Positions 1-9,262 of a DNA stretch of 20,000 bases are shown piece after piece. Each line of letters opens with the position of its first letter. Position 1 is the first letter of the stretch. The notes under the pieces were generated by a model, which worked only from the letters and a program-made list of their open reading frames with translations, had not been told where the DNA came from and searched no databases. The translations under genes and the position numbers were made by a program. This DNA is from Chiloscyllium plagiosum (Eukaryota): assembly GCF_004010195.1 (NCBI RefSeq), contig NC_057718.1:89047458-89067457 (forward strand). The letters run 5' to 3'.

Positions 1-109
1 AGAAAGACCATGCAAAACATGGGATTGGGCTTCACTAAAGGTGACAGTTGGTACGGCGTAGCATTGTCTAAAAATCAAAAGCTAAGTACAAAAACAGAAT
101 TTAGCTCAA

Positions 110-670
110 GACTTGGGTAAAGGTTTGTAGCTCGGGTGCCCGTTGCCATGGTTGTGGGTATGTTCACCGAGCTGGGAAGTTGATTTGCAAATGTTTCATC
201 CCTCATCTAGGTGACATCCTCAGTGCTTTGAAGCCTCCTGTGAAGCGCTGCTGTACTGTGTCTTATGGAATTTACTTGGTTCCATTTCTGCCGCTTCCAG
301 TTGCCGGTTCTAGTTGTAGTGGCCGGTATATTGGGGCTAGGTCAATGTGTTCGTTGATGGAGTCCATCGATGAGTGCCATGCTTCTAGGAATTCTCTGGC
401 TGTTCTCTGTTTGGCTTGACCTATGATCATTGTGTTGTCCCAATGGAATTTGTGGTCCTTGTCATCTGTGTGTATGACTACTAGGGACAGCTGGTCATGG
501 CGTTTAGTAGCTAGTTGGTGTTTGTGGATGTGGATTGCTAGTTGTCAGCTTGTTGGTCCTACATAAGTGCAGTCTTTGCATGGAATCCTGTAAATTACAT
601 TCACATGATGGGTGTAGGGCCTTTCGTCCTGCTGAGTTGTTGTCTGAGCGCGGCTGTCAGTTTATGGGCT
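110..670 (-). mobile_element. Penelope-like element 3' fragment: decayed GIY-YIG endonuclease plus pLTR
   Basis: Minus-strand translation with frameshifts gives LRQQLSRTK...NVIYRIPCKDCTYVGPTS*QLAIHIHKHQLATKRHDQLSLVVIHTDDKDHKFHWDNTMIIGQAKQRTAREFLEAWHSSMDSINEHIDLAPIYRPLQ, a typical PLE GIY-YIG domain, followed by a hammerhead-bearing 3' region. Confidence 0.9.
185..226 (-). ncRNA. Degenerate hammerhead ribozyme motif in PLE pLTR
   Basis: Minus strand: gca-CTGAGGA-tGTCaCCT-agatg-AGGGAT-GAAA-CATT-tgc. Core boxes at 217-223 and 194-197; helix I gca/tgc; helix III CGTT changed to CATT (CpG-type decay). Confidence 0.7.
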
Positions 671-1273
671 CTCGTGTGGTCGGAGAACTTAGGAATTAGT
701 CACAAAGCTGCAGAAAAGGAGGAATTTACACACATAAAGAGCTCAATGTGGTACAAGGAATCTCCACTCAGAAAGATAACCAAGGCATTCATTTGCAAAG
801 TAGGAGATCCCAACAATCTGGGTTGTATTGAACTTTTAGTGAACACCCTGTTAAAATTTAAACTTCATACCATTGCCAACCATGCAGTACTATTAGACTA
901 AGTTACCTTGACTGGAAAGACAGATCTGCAAAAATGATCTATTGCAAAAATGTGGAATGACAGTCAGAAGCGGAGGAACATCACAGCTTACATTATGACA
1001 TAATACAGATAAGAACGTTAAACATGTCAATGTTGATTGCAACCAATATTATTCACTTTTGAGCCTGTCACCCCTCTCGTGACTTCAAACTTCCTTAGAG
1101 GTGGAGAAAGGGTTTGACCACCTCCCCGTGAAAAACAGGTCCAAAAACAAACTGTTATCGACTGTCCGATCAACGGCAACTAGGAGAAATGTATTCAGGC
1201 TTCTGAGGTCCATGGTGGAACCCAAAAAGAAGAAAGAGCCTGTTGAGGTTTCCTACCGAGATATTAAAGAAAT

Positions 1274-1660
1274 GACCATCAGACCGTAAATATAGGAGCA
1301 GAATTAGGCCATTGGATAGTTGAGTCTGTTCCATCATTCAATCATGGCTGATATGTTTCCGAAACTTATTCTCCCTACTTATTCCCTTTAAATTCTCCAT
1401 TCCCTTACTAATCAAGAACCTATCTATCTCTGTTTTAATTACATTCAAAAACTTGGCCTCCACAGCCCTCTGCGGAAATGAGTTCTACAGATTAAGCACC
1501 CTCTGGCTGAAGAAATTCCTCTTCATCTCAGTTCTAAAGGGTCGTCCCGTCCCTCTGAGGCTGTGCCCCGGATCCTAGTCTCCCCTACTCTTGGAAGTGG
1601 GAACATCTTCCCATGTCCACTCTATCCAGGCCTCTCAGTATTCTGTAAGTTTCAATGAGA
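1274..1660 (-). mobile_element. CR1-type LINE 3' end
   Basis: Minus-strand translation LIETYRILRGLDRVD...RPFRTEMKRNFFSQRVLNL*NSFPQRAVEAK...KTEIDRFLISKG, followed by a CR1 3'UTR and short-repeat tail. Confidence 0.9.
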
Positions 1661-1985
1661 CTAATCCACAGACCCCAGGTAATGTTCTGGGACCTTGGAT
1701 TCAAATCCTGTCACAGCAGCTGGTGGAATTTGAATTCAATAAAAATCTGGAAGTAAGGTTCTAATGATGACCATGAATCCATTCGTAATGTTTGGAAAAA
1801 CCCATCTGGTTCACTAAGGTCCTTTAGGGAAGGAAACTGCCATCCTTACCCTGGTCTGGCCTACATGTGACTCCAGACCCACAGCAATATGGTTGACTCT
1901 TAAATGCCCTCTGGGTAACTGGGGATGAGCAATAAATACTGGCCCTGGCCAGTGGCGTCCTCATCCTATGAATGAATTTTTTAAA
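1661..1985 (+). mobile_element. 5'-truncated tRNA-derived SINE with LINE-derived tail
   Basis: B-box-like GGATTCAAATCC near 1697; core ggtctggcctacatgtgactccagacccacagcaat; tail aataaatactggccctggccagtggcgtcctcatcctatgaatgaat is shared with the LINE end at 3620-3670. Confidence 0.8.
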
Positions 1986-1989
1986 AACT

Positions 1990-2200
1990 CAGAAAATATT
2001 AGGTGTCTAGCCAAGGCTCAGTTAGTGGTATGATGGGCAGAGATTTCAGAAGAGCTTGAAGATGTCAGGTCCAGAAAATACTGCTGTCAATACCAAAGGC
2101 AGGTCAGAAGCAAAAACCCAACAGACTTGTGAGAAGAAGAATGTGTAGCACAGCCCACGCAGGAATCTTGCATTGGTCATCGTCAGCCAACAGAACAGTC
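1990..2200 (+). mobile_element. Gypsy integrase zinc-binding domain remnant (continuation of copy A)
   Basis: Translation NIRCLAKAQLVV*WAEISEELEDVRSRKYCCQYQR...PTDL*E resembles KCRARAQSSVWWPGISKELED...C..C...PTRPWE. Confidence 0.65.
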
Positions 2201-2206
2201 AATGCT

Positions 2207-2501
2207 ATGGAATCTCTACAGTGTGGAAGCAGGCCATTTGACCCATCGTGTCTGCACTGACTGGCCAAAGAAAATCCCAACCTTATCTCCTGTAATCCTG
2301 CATTTACTAATCCACCTATTACACATCCCTGAACACTATGGGCAATTTAGCCTGGCCAATCCATCTGATGTGCACATCTTTGGATTGTGGGAGGAAACTG
2401 GAGCACCGGGAAGAAACCCATGCAGACACGGGGTGGATTCAAACCCGGGTCGCTGGCGCTGTGAGGCAGCAGTGCTAACCACTGAGCCACCTGTGCCGCC
2501 C
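2207..2501 (-). mobile_element. HE1-type tRNA-derived V-SINE with internal deletion
   Basis: Minus strand begins gggcggcacaggTGGCTCAGTGGttagcactgctgcctcacagcgccagcgacccgGGTTTGAATCC (A and B boxes); V-domain gtgctccagtttcctcccacaatccaaagatgtgc; CR1-like tail. Confidence 0.9.
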
Positions 2502-2951
2502 ATGGATAGAGATAATGCTAAATGAGCAGCCATCTTTCAGTAATGAAACTTACAATCTGATCAAGTCTTCTTTACCAGTCAACCACCAAGAGTGACGAAA
2601 GACTTCCTGCCTGATCAACAATCCGAGAGAGATAACCTCCATTTGATTCCATCAGAATGACTGTAATCCCCACAGCCCCTGACATAGTCAAGGAGAACAA
2701 AACCCCTGGTCTAGGCATATTCGGGATGCTGAGAAAAGCAATTAAAAAGTCACTGGTTGATCCATGAATCCAAATATCAAAATGTTTCCGGAATGTTAGC
2801 AGGAAGGGAAGTGTGGATTATGAGAAAAATGTGATATCTCTAGGCCACCTGCATTTGACCAGACACTTAGAGATGAGGCTGTGGTAAATGTAAAAAGTTA
2901 TATTCATGATTATATACAGGGTTAATTAGTGGGGGAATACTTGGGGAAAGT

Positions 2952-3258
2952 TGTTGCATTAGGTAATGGTTCCAAAGAAGTTAATATTCATATTACACTG
3001 GCTCCACCCATTCTACTGATGTCACACACCGTATGTGGGTCAAGGCAAGGAGTTCTATTCTGGCTTTTAGAAGGAGCCGAAATATCAGTGGTAGCTCCCT
3101 AAGGTCCAGATTACACCTGATCAAATATTGCAGTACTTATTGTTGTTGTGTAATAAACCTCCTTGTTATCTCAGAACAATGCCTCATATGTAGCTAACTC
3201 GCAGTGGTATCTATATCCTCTACCACTATTCACTAGACAGACCTAAAACAAAGCAACG
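2952..3258 (+). mobile_element. Putative 3' LTR of Gypsy copy A
   Basis: Purine tract GGGGAAAG at 2943-2950, start TGTTGC at 2952, AATAAA at 3152-3157, end GCAACG at 3253-3258 (terminal inverted repeat with one mismatch). Confidence 0.6.
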
Positions 3259-3349
3259 AGAAAGGAGGATTGGGGACAGCGAACTACCTCAAATAACCCT
3301 TACCCAGTAGCACATAATAGAGTTGGCAAATCCCAGCTGGGGAAAGAAA

Positions 3350-3613
3350 CGCATTGGCAGTCCTTGCTCATGCTTGACTGGATGACCTGAGACTTCATGG
3401 AGGCCAGAGTAAATGTAGAGGACTCCCAGGGCCACTCCCTCCTGACTGTGTAACACTGTCCTATGACCTGCTGATCTGACAGGGCATATCAACAGGATGA
3501 TGACGTTAGTTGAGAGACATGATTCTGTGAATATGAGTGCATCAGTTACTGTTCATTGACTTGTCAGTGGGACAACTTTTTGAATTGTGATGACAGCCCC
3601 TTGATGTTAGTGA
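3350..3613 (-). mobile_element. LINE (CR1/L2 group) AP-endonuclease fragment
   Basis: ORF 3289..3492 contains TVLHSQEGVALGVLYIYSGLHEVSGHPVKHEQG, resembling the APE segment GGGTVVYSQEGVALGVLNIDSGPHEVSWHQVKHGQG of a common shark LINE. Confidence 0.75.
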
Positions 3614-3669
3614 TTTTTGTTTTCATTCATTCAGAGGATACGGGTCTTGCTGGGCTGGGCCAGCATTTA

Positions 3670-4488
3670 AATCTAAACTTCAATCTAAATCTAGATTTAG
3701 GTTTTATTGTTACGTGTACTCAAATACGAGGTACAACAGTACAGTTGAAAGTGTACAATGCCACCACACACAAAGTACCCCGGAATAAAATCTTAGCCTA
3801 CACTAATAGGAAAATAAAGAAATAAATGAATCAGTTCAGCACTACAGTCTTAGCATCAAAGTAGAAAAATCAATAAATTAAAAATGTTAAACAATCATGA
3901 GGGACATGGATGGGGTAAATAGACAAGGTCTTTTCCCTGGGGTGGGAGTGTCCAGAATTAGAGGGCATAGGTTTAGGGTGGGAGGGAAAGATTTAAAAGG
4001 GACCTAAGGGGCAACTTTTTCGCACAGAGGGTGGTACGTGTATGGAATGAGCTGCCAGAAGAAGTGCTGGAGGCTGGTACAATTACAACATTTAAAAGGC
4101 ATCTGGATGGGTATATGAATAGGAAGGGTTTGGAGGGATATGGGCCAAGTGCTGGCAAATGGGACTAGATTGGATTGGGATATCTGGTCGGCATGGACGG
4201 GTCAGACCGAAGGGTCTCTTTCTGTGCTGTATGTCTCTATGACTCTATTACAGTGCTTTCTTAAGCCATGGACCTCCAGACACTCCAAGCTGGGCTTTCT
4301 CCAGGAGGGTTCACTCTCCCCCAACACTGCCCATGCTCCATCGCTGCCTTTACCTCACACACCCTCTGAAAGTTAAGTAAGAAACACAAAAAAACTAAAA
4401 AGAGAGCTGAGAAAAGAAGGAAAAAAGCAGAAAGAAGAAGGGAAAGCGGGCCGAATGGATGAGATTTGGGCTTGAGACCCTGGATGCT
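3670..4488 (-). mobile_element. Non-coding retroposon with LINE-type 3' tail and (TCTAAA)-like terminal repeats; contains a CR1 insertion
   Basis: Flanked by TSD GCATTTA (3663-3669 and 4489-4495). The minus-strand tail gagtacacgtaacaataaaacctaaatctagatttagattg is shared with 4812-5058. Pyrimidine-rich 5' region; no ORF. Confidence 0.6.
3893..4248 (+). mobile_element. Well-preserved CR1 (HER1-like) 3' fragment
   Basis: Reads IMRDMDGVNRQGLFPGVGVSRIRGHRFRVGGERFKRDLRGNFFAQRVVRVWNELPEEVLEAGTITTFKRHLDGYMNRKG; tail ...tctctatgactctat. Confidence 0.92.
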
Positions 4489-4811
4489 GCATTTATTCCC
4501 TACCCCTGGTTGAGCTTGAGAGAGTGGCGCTGTGATGCCTTCTCAAACCACTGCAGTCAATCAGGTGGACTCACAATGCTATTAGGCAAGGAGCCCAGGC
4601 ATTTTGATCCCGCCACAGTGAAGGAAAGATGATATATCTCCAAGTCAAGACGGTGAGTGGCTCGGAGGTGAACTTTCACGCAATGCTGTTCCAACGTATC
4701 TACCATCTTTTCCGTTCTAGATGTTTTTGACTGTGGGTTTGGAAGGTGTTGTCCGAGGACTCTGGGTGAACTAATGAAGTGTATCTTGTAGATGGTACAC
4801 ACTGTGACTGA

Positions 4812-5058
4812 ACATAGGTTCAGATTTTCAGATTTTATTTATTGGCACGTGTACAGGAGTACAGTGAAAAGTCGACAGAGTCACCACTCTCCGGCACCAT
4901 CTTAGAAGGCAATAGTTGGAATTAAAAACATGAGCAGAAATTAAAGAATTAGAAAGGAGAGAAGGAAACCTCCTGATCACCCTCACCGCCACTGCAATGA
5001 GTCTTTAACTAGGCTGACTAATCTCACCTGCACTGGATCCATCAGCACTCTCTGCGCT
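4812..5058 (-). mobile_element. Second, shorter non-coding retroposon with the same LINE-type tail
   Basis: tttattggcacgtgtacaggagtacagtgaaaag matches ttttattgttacgtgtactc...gtacagttgaaag at 3702-3752; it interrupts the same LINE copy. Confidence 0.55.
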
Positions 5059-5479
5059 GGAGTGCTAGAGGGAGTGGGTGTTTGTGAATGTGGTGCTAGT
5101 CAAGTGGACTGCTTTGTCCTGGATAGTGGCAAGCATTTGAGTGTTGTTGGATTTGCACTCATCCAGACAAGTGGGAGTATTCCATTACACTCCTGACCTG
5201 TGCCTTTGTAGATGATGGACAGGCTTTAAGGAGTCAGGAGGTGAGTTACTGGTTGCAGTATTCCTGTCTGCCGATCTGCTCCTGTCTCCCCAGTGTTTAT
5301 ACAACAAGCCCAGTTCTGTTTCTGGTCAGTGGGTCAGGCCCAGGTTCTGGACAATGGGGGGAAATTCAGTGATGGTAATGCCATTGAAGCTGGCAATTCA
5401 TGTGAGGAGGGCGTTGCAGGGTTGACTGGGCAATGTGTCCTTTTCTTTGTTGGCCATGTTTTGTGAACTGCTCCCAGCT

Positions 5480-5790
5480 TTACAATGCCTTCTCTGAATT
5501 CTTGAACTTCATGTACATTCTCTCCCTCTTTATTCCATCACTGGTGTCACGCAGTCACCTTTTTAGGCCTCACATTCCAAATACCCTTCCCAAATTCTTC
5601 AGACTTTCTGCCTTTCTCCCCTTTGTTAAGATCCTACTGACAATCTATTCCTTTGATTAGGCTTTGGTCACCCTTCACAAATGTCTCCTTCACTGTCTTG
5701 GCATCCATTTGGTCTGATCACCCCTCCGGGAGCACTTTGGAGTGTGCTGAGAGTGTGCACCTGAAAAGTGCTAGATGAATGCAGCGACAA
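5480..5790 (+). mobile_element. Old L2-type LINE 3' end
   Basis: Decayed L2 3' pattern: ccaaatacccttcccaaattcttcagactttctgcc...ttaagatcctactgacaatctattcctttgattaggctttggtcacc... Confidence 0.6.
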
Positions 5791-6060
5791 CTCGCTATAA
5801 AATAGTGCGTTTAATGTCCCAAGGTACTTCACGGGAACATTGTCAGACAATATTTGATTTCTAAAGAGGTCTTCGACAGGCAAACCAATGTTTGGCAGAG
5901 TTGGACTGAAAGGGACCTGTTTCCATGCTTATACATCTCAATGACTCAATAATAAAAGATGTAAGAAAAATGCAGAGACTTAAGGAGGGTATTCCAAAAC
6001 TTAGCATCAAAGCAGGTGAAGGAATAACTGCATGTGGTTATGGAATTAAAATTGAGAAGG
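5785..6060 (-). mobile_element. Old L2-type LINE 3' end, tail-to-tail with the previous copy; short CR1 tail (+) inside at ~5897-5950
   Basis: caactcgctataaaatagtgcgtttaatgtcccaaggtacttcacgggaacattgtcagacaatatttga is the reverse of an L2 tail; ggagggtattccaaaacttag is the reverse of the WNSLP region. Confidence 0.6.
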
Positions 6061-7599
6061 GACAAAGTACAGTCAATTTTTAAAAAAAATCTCACCTCAA
6101 ACATCCAACTCATGATTCACGTAGTAAGAAAGATCAAGTGGCTAACTTGCCTCCTCCTCACTTGACCCAACTTTCCACTGTTGAGGTGGCGGGCACAAAA
6201 CTTGCCCGTGCGTCAGCTGGCATGAGCTGCTCCCTGCTTGGGACAATGCCAGGCTAACTCGTCCAGAATAAGGGAACATTGCTACTTTGTTTTGACCACA
6301 CTTGGCCAATTTCTTCTCCAAGATCCTCTCTACAGTGGCACCTTAAGTGGTCCAGACCACTTTGATCACTCACTTCAAAGCACATTCTGTACTCTCACTG
6401 ACAAACTGCAGGTAATAAGTGAGCCATTTCAATAATAGAACTTCAAATAAATGTTATAACGTTTTCTTCTTTAAAAATGAGTACAAAAGAAAGCCCAGAT
6501 AGTGTTTTTCTTTAATTTAAGATTTACACAGGGCACTTTGGTTACGCATGGCAGCACCTACACAATAAGTTTGTGCCCAAGGACTGTATATAGACAGGGA
6601 CCTTAGTCCAGTTCCAACGTTAAGTTCAGATCACATGTCTTGCCCTTGCACCTTTTTGATTTGAGTTTGTCTCCTCCGGCAATGAGATTGTACAGAAGTG
6701 TTTAACATGCTTCCCAGATTTCAAGATGGAGACCCCCCCCTTACAGAAGCTGTGTAGTCATGTCTCTGTTTCTTTCACTGTAAAGGTCAATCAGGAAGTG
6801 GCACATGAGCTTGGTTCAGAGATGTCGTAATGCCAGTATAGGTGGGCCTGAGGTCAGCTGATGTAGCACGATAAACTTGACCCAGAGCCAGGAAGAACAG
6901 AAATCAAAAATCCAACAGAGCAAATCTGTTTCACTGGGCACACTGAGACCCACGTATTGCTGTCTTCTATACTGTTAAGAATAATGGGCCAATCTTGGTT
7001 AGAGGCATTGAAATATTGCAATCAGCACCTCTCTGATGGTGATGGAGGGAGCAGTGATAAGTTGGGACAGTGGGAGTCTGTTGGGGATAGGGGAGTGAGC
7101 TGGAAGGTGGAGAGGGGTGTGGGGAGGTAGTAGAGGTGGATTGTGTCAGGGGTGGAATACGGTTGGTGTCCATTTTGGCATGTGTGAAGTGAAACTATTG
7201 AAACATTCTTGAGGACCTTGTAGGGCTGTAGGTTTATCTGAGGTTGTGGAGAGAGAGTGATTACATATATCCAATGGGAGATTATAGGAGTATCTGAAGG
7301 CAAATCTAAGGTTGGGGAGGGGTGTTGCAGTATCTGGGCAGGGGTTGTTGGAGAGGTACGCGCCTATTCTCAGGAGTGAAGCTTGATTTTTATCCAATGG
7401 ATGCCACCGTAAGAGACTTAAAGGAGAATTGGAACAATATATGAGGGAGTGGTCCTACCAGAAAGGGTGGGGATATTTGCAGACCTTCCTGTTCAGCCTG
7501 GAATATGGGGCAATTAACATGAACTGCCTCTGGTGTAAATAAACATGAAGCTGGAGTCAGTGATACTTTCACTCTTAACCCTCTCGCAGTGCTGTTGAC

Positions 7600-8300
7600 T
7601 GTAGGTTAAGGATGTTACCTGTGTTGAGCCCTCTGTTTCTTGATTATGAATGCTTCCTGTTGTGTACCAAAGGCTTTAATGAACTCACAGGCTTCACAAA
7701 TGAAGAGAAATTACAGGTGGGGCATCACAACATCACCAATGTACAGTGAGAAATAAGGATTCCAGTCCATGGTGGAATCATTATTGTGGGATGAAAAAGT
7801 AACAGGATATATTGGTCTTTGGGATAGCTAGCCTTTGAGATATTGCCTTACGTTTTGTTTGATGGTACAAGATCGATTTGGCCATGGGACCCAATTACCT
7901 TCACATCTTCCAGAATCTCTTGAAACCTCCTATTGATCTGTCTCAGCCCCTTCAGAGATTCGTCTTCTAGCTGATGTATTAACCCATGGAACAATCTTAT
8001 CATTGACCATATTGTATTTACCAGTATTGCTTCTTCTCCCCAAGTCTCTGAATTCACGAATGCAGGTGGTCTCAATATTTTACATTTTGTCGTAATGCAC
8101 TGGTCGGATGTGGGACAATGCTGGAAATCTCTGATTTGAGGATTACTTACCTGCTGGAGGATCTTCTATGGTTCAGATATCATACTTTAAAGATGTTGTT
8201 GTTGGTCCATTACGCTATTTGGAGGACACTTACTCTTGAACTTCCTTCCTGGAAGATAGCTGCTCTTTGAAATGCAGACATACACATGAACATGCAAATT
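7600..8300 (-). pseudogene. Possible very old Gypsy reverse-transcriptase remnant
   Basis: Weak but collinear motifs: GEEAILVNT (cf. DEESSLLTTFNT), IRLFHGLIHQLEDE (cf. RLPFGLISAQDE), ILEDVKVIGS (cf. IVDDILVYGS), FGTQQEAFIIKK (cf. WGPEQQEAFEKIK). Confidence 0.3.
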
Positions 8301-8903
8301 ATAAGCTGGACTCAGTCCCTCAAGTGTGCAATAAAATTAATAAATATTTCCTCCTTGTGGTGTTCTGGCAGTCAATGGTTTTCTAATGAGAAGAATTAGG
8401 CTCTTTTGTACAGTATCCTCAATGCTAACACCAGGCAATCTCTTATATTTGATTGTGACATGAATCTGTAGTCATTGGTTTGGCTCCCATAGAGTCATAT
8501 GAACCCTCACTTCCTCAATCTGTTGACCTGAGTGGATTACTTCAGTTGCCCATTGTATTTGTTTGACTGGTGAAGTACACTTTCTCAGACTGTCCAAACC
8601 CCAAATCTGCTCACTCCACACCATCTCTGCCTCTGGCATTGACTGTTCTGTTTTAGAAAACAAAGGTTTGAACACTTGCACCAGTCCCGTGAAGTTCCTG
8701 TCTTCCTCTACTTTGACAATGTTTGTCAGAGAAATTAGCCCAATACGTTAGAGATCACAAAGCACAGTTCAAAGTGAAATTGACAAATGGTTTATTAGCA
8801 CGACGATATCGCGGAAGAGAAATTGACTAAGCTGAAAGAGCACAATAGTAGCCGTGTATTCTCTTCCCAGAGCTGAGGAAGAAGCCAGGTTTTATAATAA
8901 TCC

Positions 8904-9120
8904 GTTCGTACCAAGTGCCAGGTTGACCTCCGGAGGGGGGAGGCACAGGTGCCAGTCGGCCGGTGGACAGTCTTTTGGGATCGTGATTTCTGATGAAGGG
9001 CTTTTGCCCGAAACGTCGATTTTCCTGCTCCCCATATACTGCCTGACCTGCTGTGCTTTTCCAGCACCACTCTAATCTAGACTCTGGTTTCCAGCATCTG
9101 CAGTCCTTGTTTTTACCACC
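8904..9120 (+). mobile_element. Non-autonomous PLE-derived hammerhead element with 86 nt of extra 5' sequence
   Basis: Perfect 13-bp TSD TTTATAATAATCC (8891-8903 and 9121-9133); body ...gcctgacctgctgtgcttttccagcaccac...ccagcatctgcagtcc. Confidence 0.9.
8985..9022 (+). ncRNA. Minimal hammerhead ribozyme motif, catalytic core intact
   Basis: CTGATGA(8990-8996)-A-GGGC-TTTT-GCCC-GAAA(9010-9013)-CGTC; predicted cleavage after C9017; loop-less palindromic helix III; helix I only ~2 bp. Confidence 0.8.
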
Positions 9121-9262
9121 TTTATAATAATCCTGTACAATAGGGCTGATTCAAATTGGGGGGAAAATACAATGTATCTGGAAATGGAGAAATCTAATTA
9201 CAATGATGCTAATCGGAAAACAGTCATCGGATGAATGTCCTGATTCTCGATACAATGCAACA

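Larger units (their letters stand above)
1..1262 (+). mobile_element. Decayed Gypsy (Mag/K02A2.6-like) gag-protease region, copy A, interrupted by a Penelope insertion at ~110-670
   Basis: The 3' part of ORF 542..901 reads AFICKVGDPNNLGCIELLVNTLLKFKLHTIANHAVLLD, resembling the Gypsy aspartic protease pattern FLGEV.DP....VNG...NFKLDTGA.VTVLSD (catalytic DTG decayed to HTI at 866-874). Sequence at 1050-1240 is homologous to the minus-strand copy at 9690-9890. Confidence 0.7.
3615..5388 (-). mobile_element. LINE (CR1/L2 group) ORF2 C-terminus and 3' tail, in three pieces (3615-3669, 4489-4810, 5060-5388)
   Basis: ORF 4557..4802 MCTIYKIHF...LEIYHLSFTVAGSKCLGSLPNSIV has the C-terminal SF.V.GSK.WNSLPN pattern; tail taaatgctggcccagcc...tgaatgaatg; the pieces rejoin across the GCATTTA duplication. 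Confidence 0.8.
8720..9262 (-). mobile_element. Putative LTR (~313 bp without the insertion)
   Basis: Minus strand starts TGTTGCATT at 9262 (same 9-mer as the LTR at 2952); TATAAAA at 8890-8896; AATAAA at 8791-8796; ends ...GACAAACA at 8720. No convincing PPT or TSD. Confidence 0.55.

Noticed and set aside
2430..2501. tRNA gene
   Set aside because: The A and B boxes are the head of an HE1-type SINE and run into the V-domain; no complete cloverleaf or terminator.
6450..7000. Enhancer (AGGTCA, CAGGAAGT motifs) in unique sequence
   Set aside because: Short motifs are expected by chance; there is no support from sequence alone.
7848..8075. Retroviral envelope TM-like coiled coil
   Set aside because: No furin site, fusion peptide, CX6CC motif or transmembrane segment; a decayed RT is a better, though still weak, fit.
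8140..8270. Minus-strand exons ending at GTAAGT donors
   Set aside because: No convincing acceptor or reading frame, and no other exons of a host gene are apparent.
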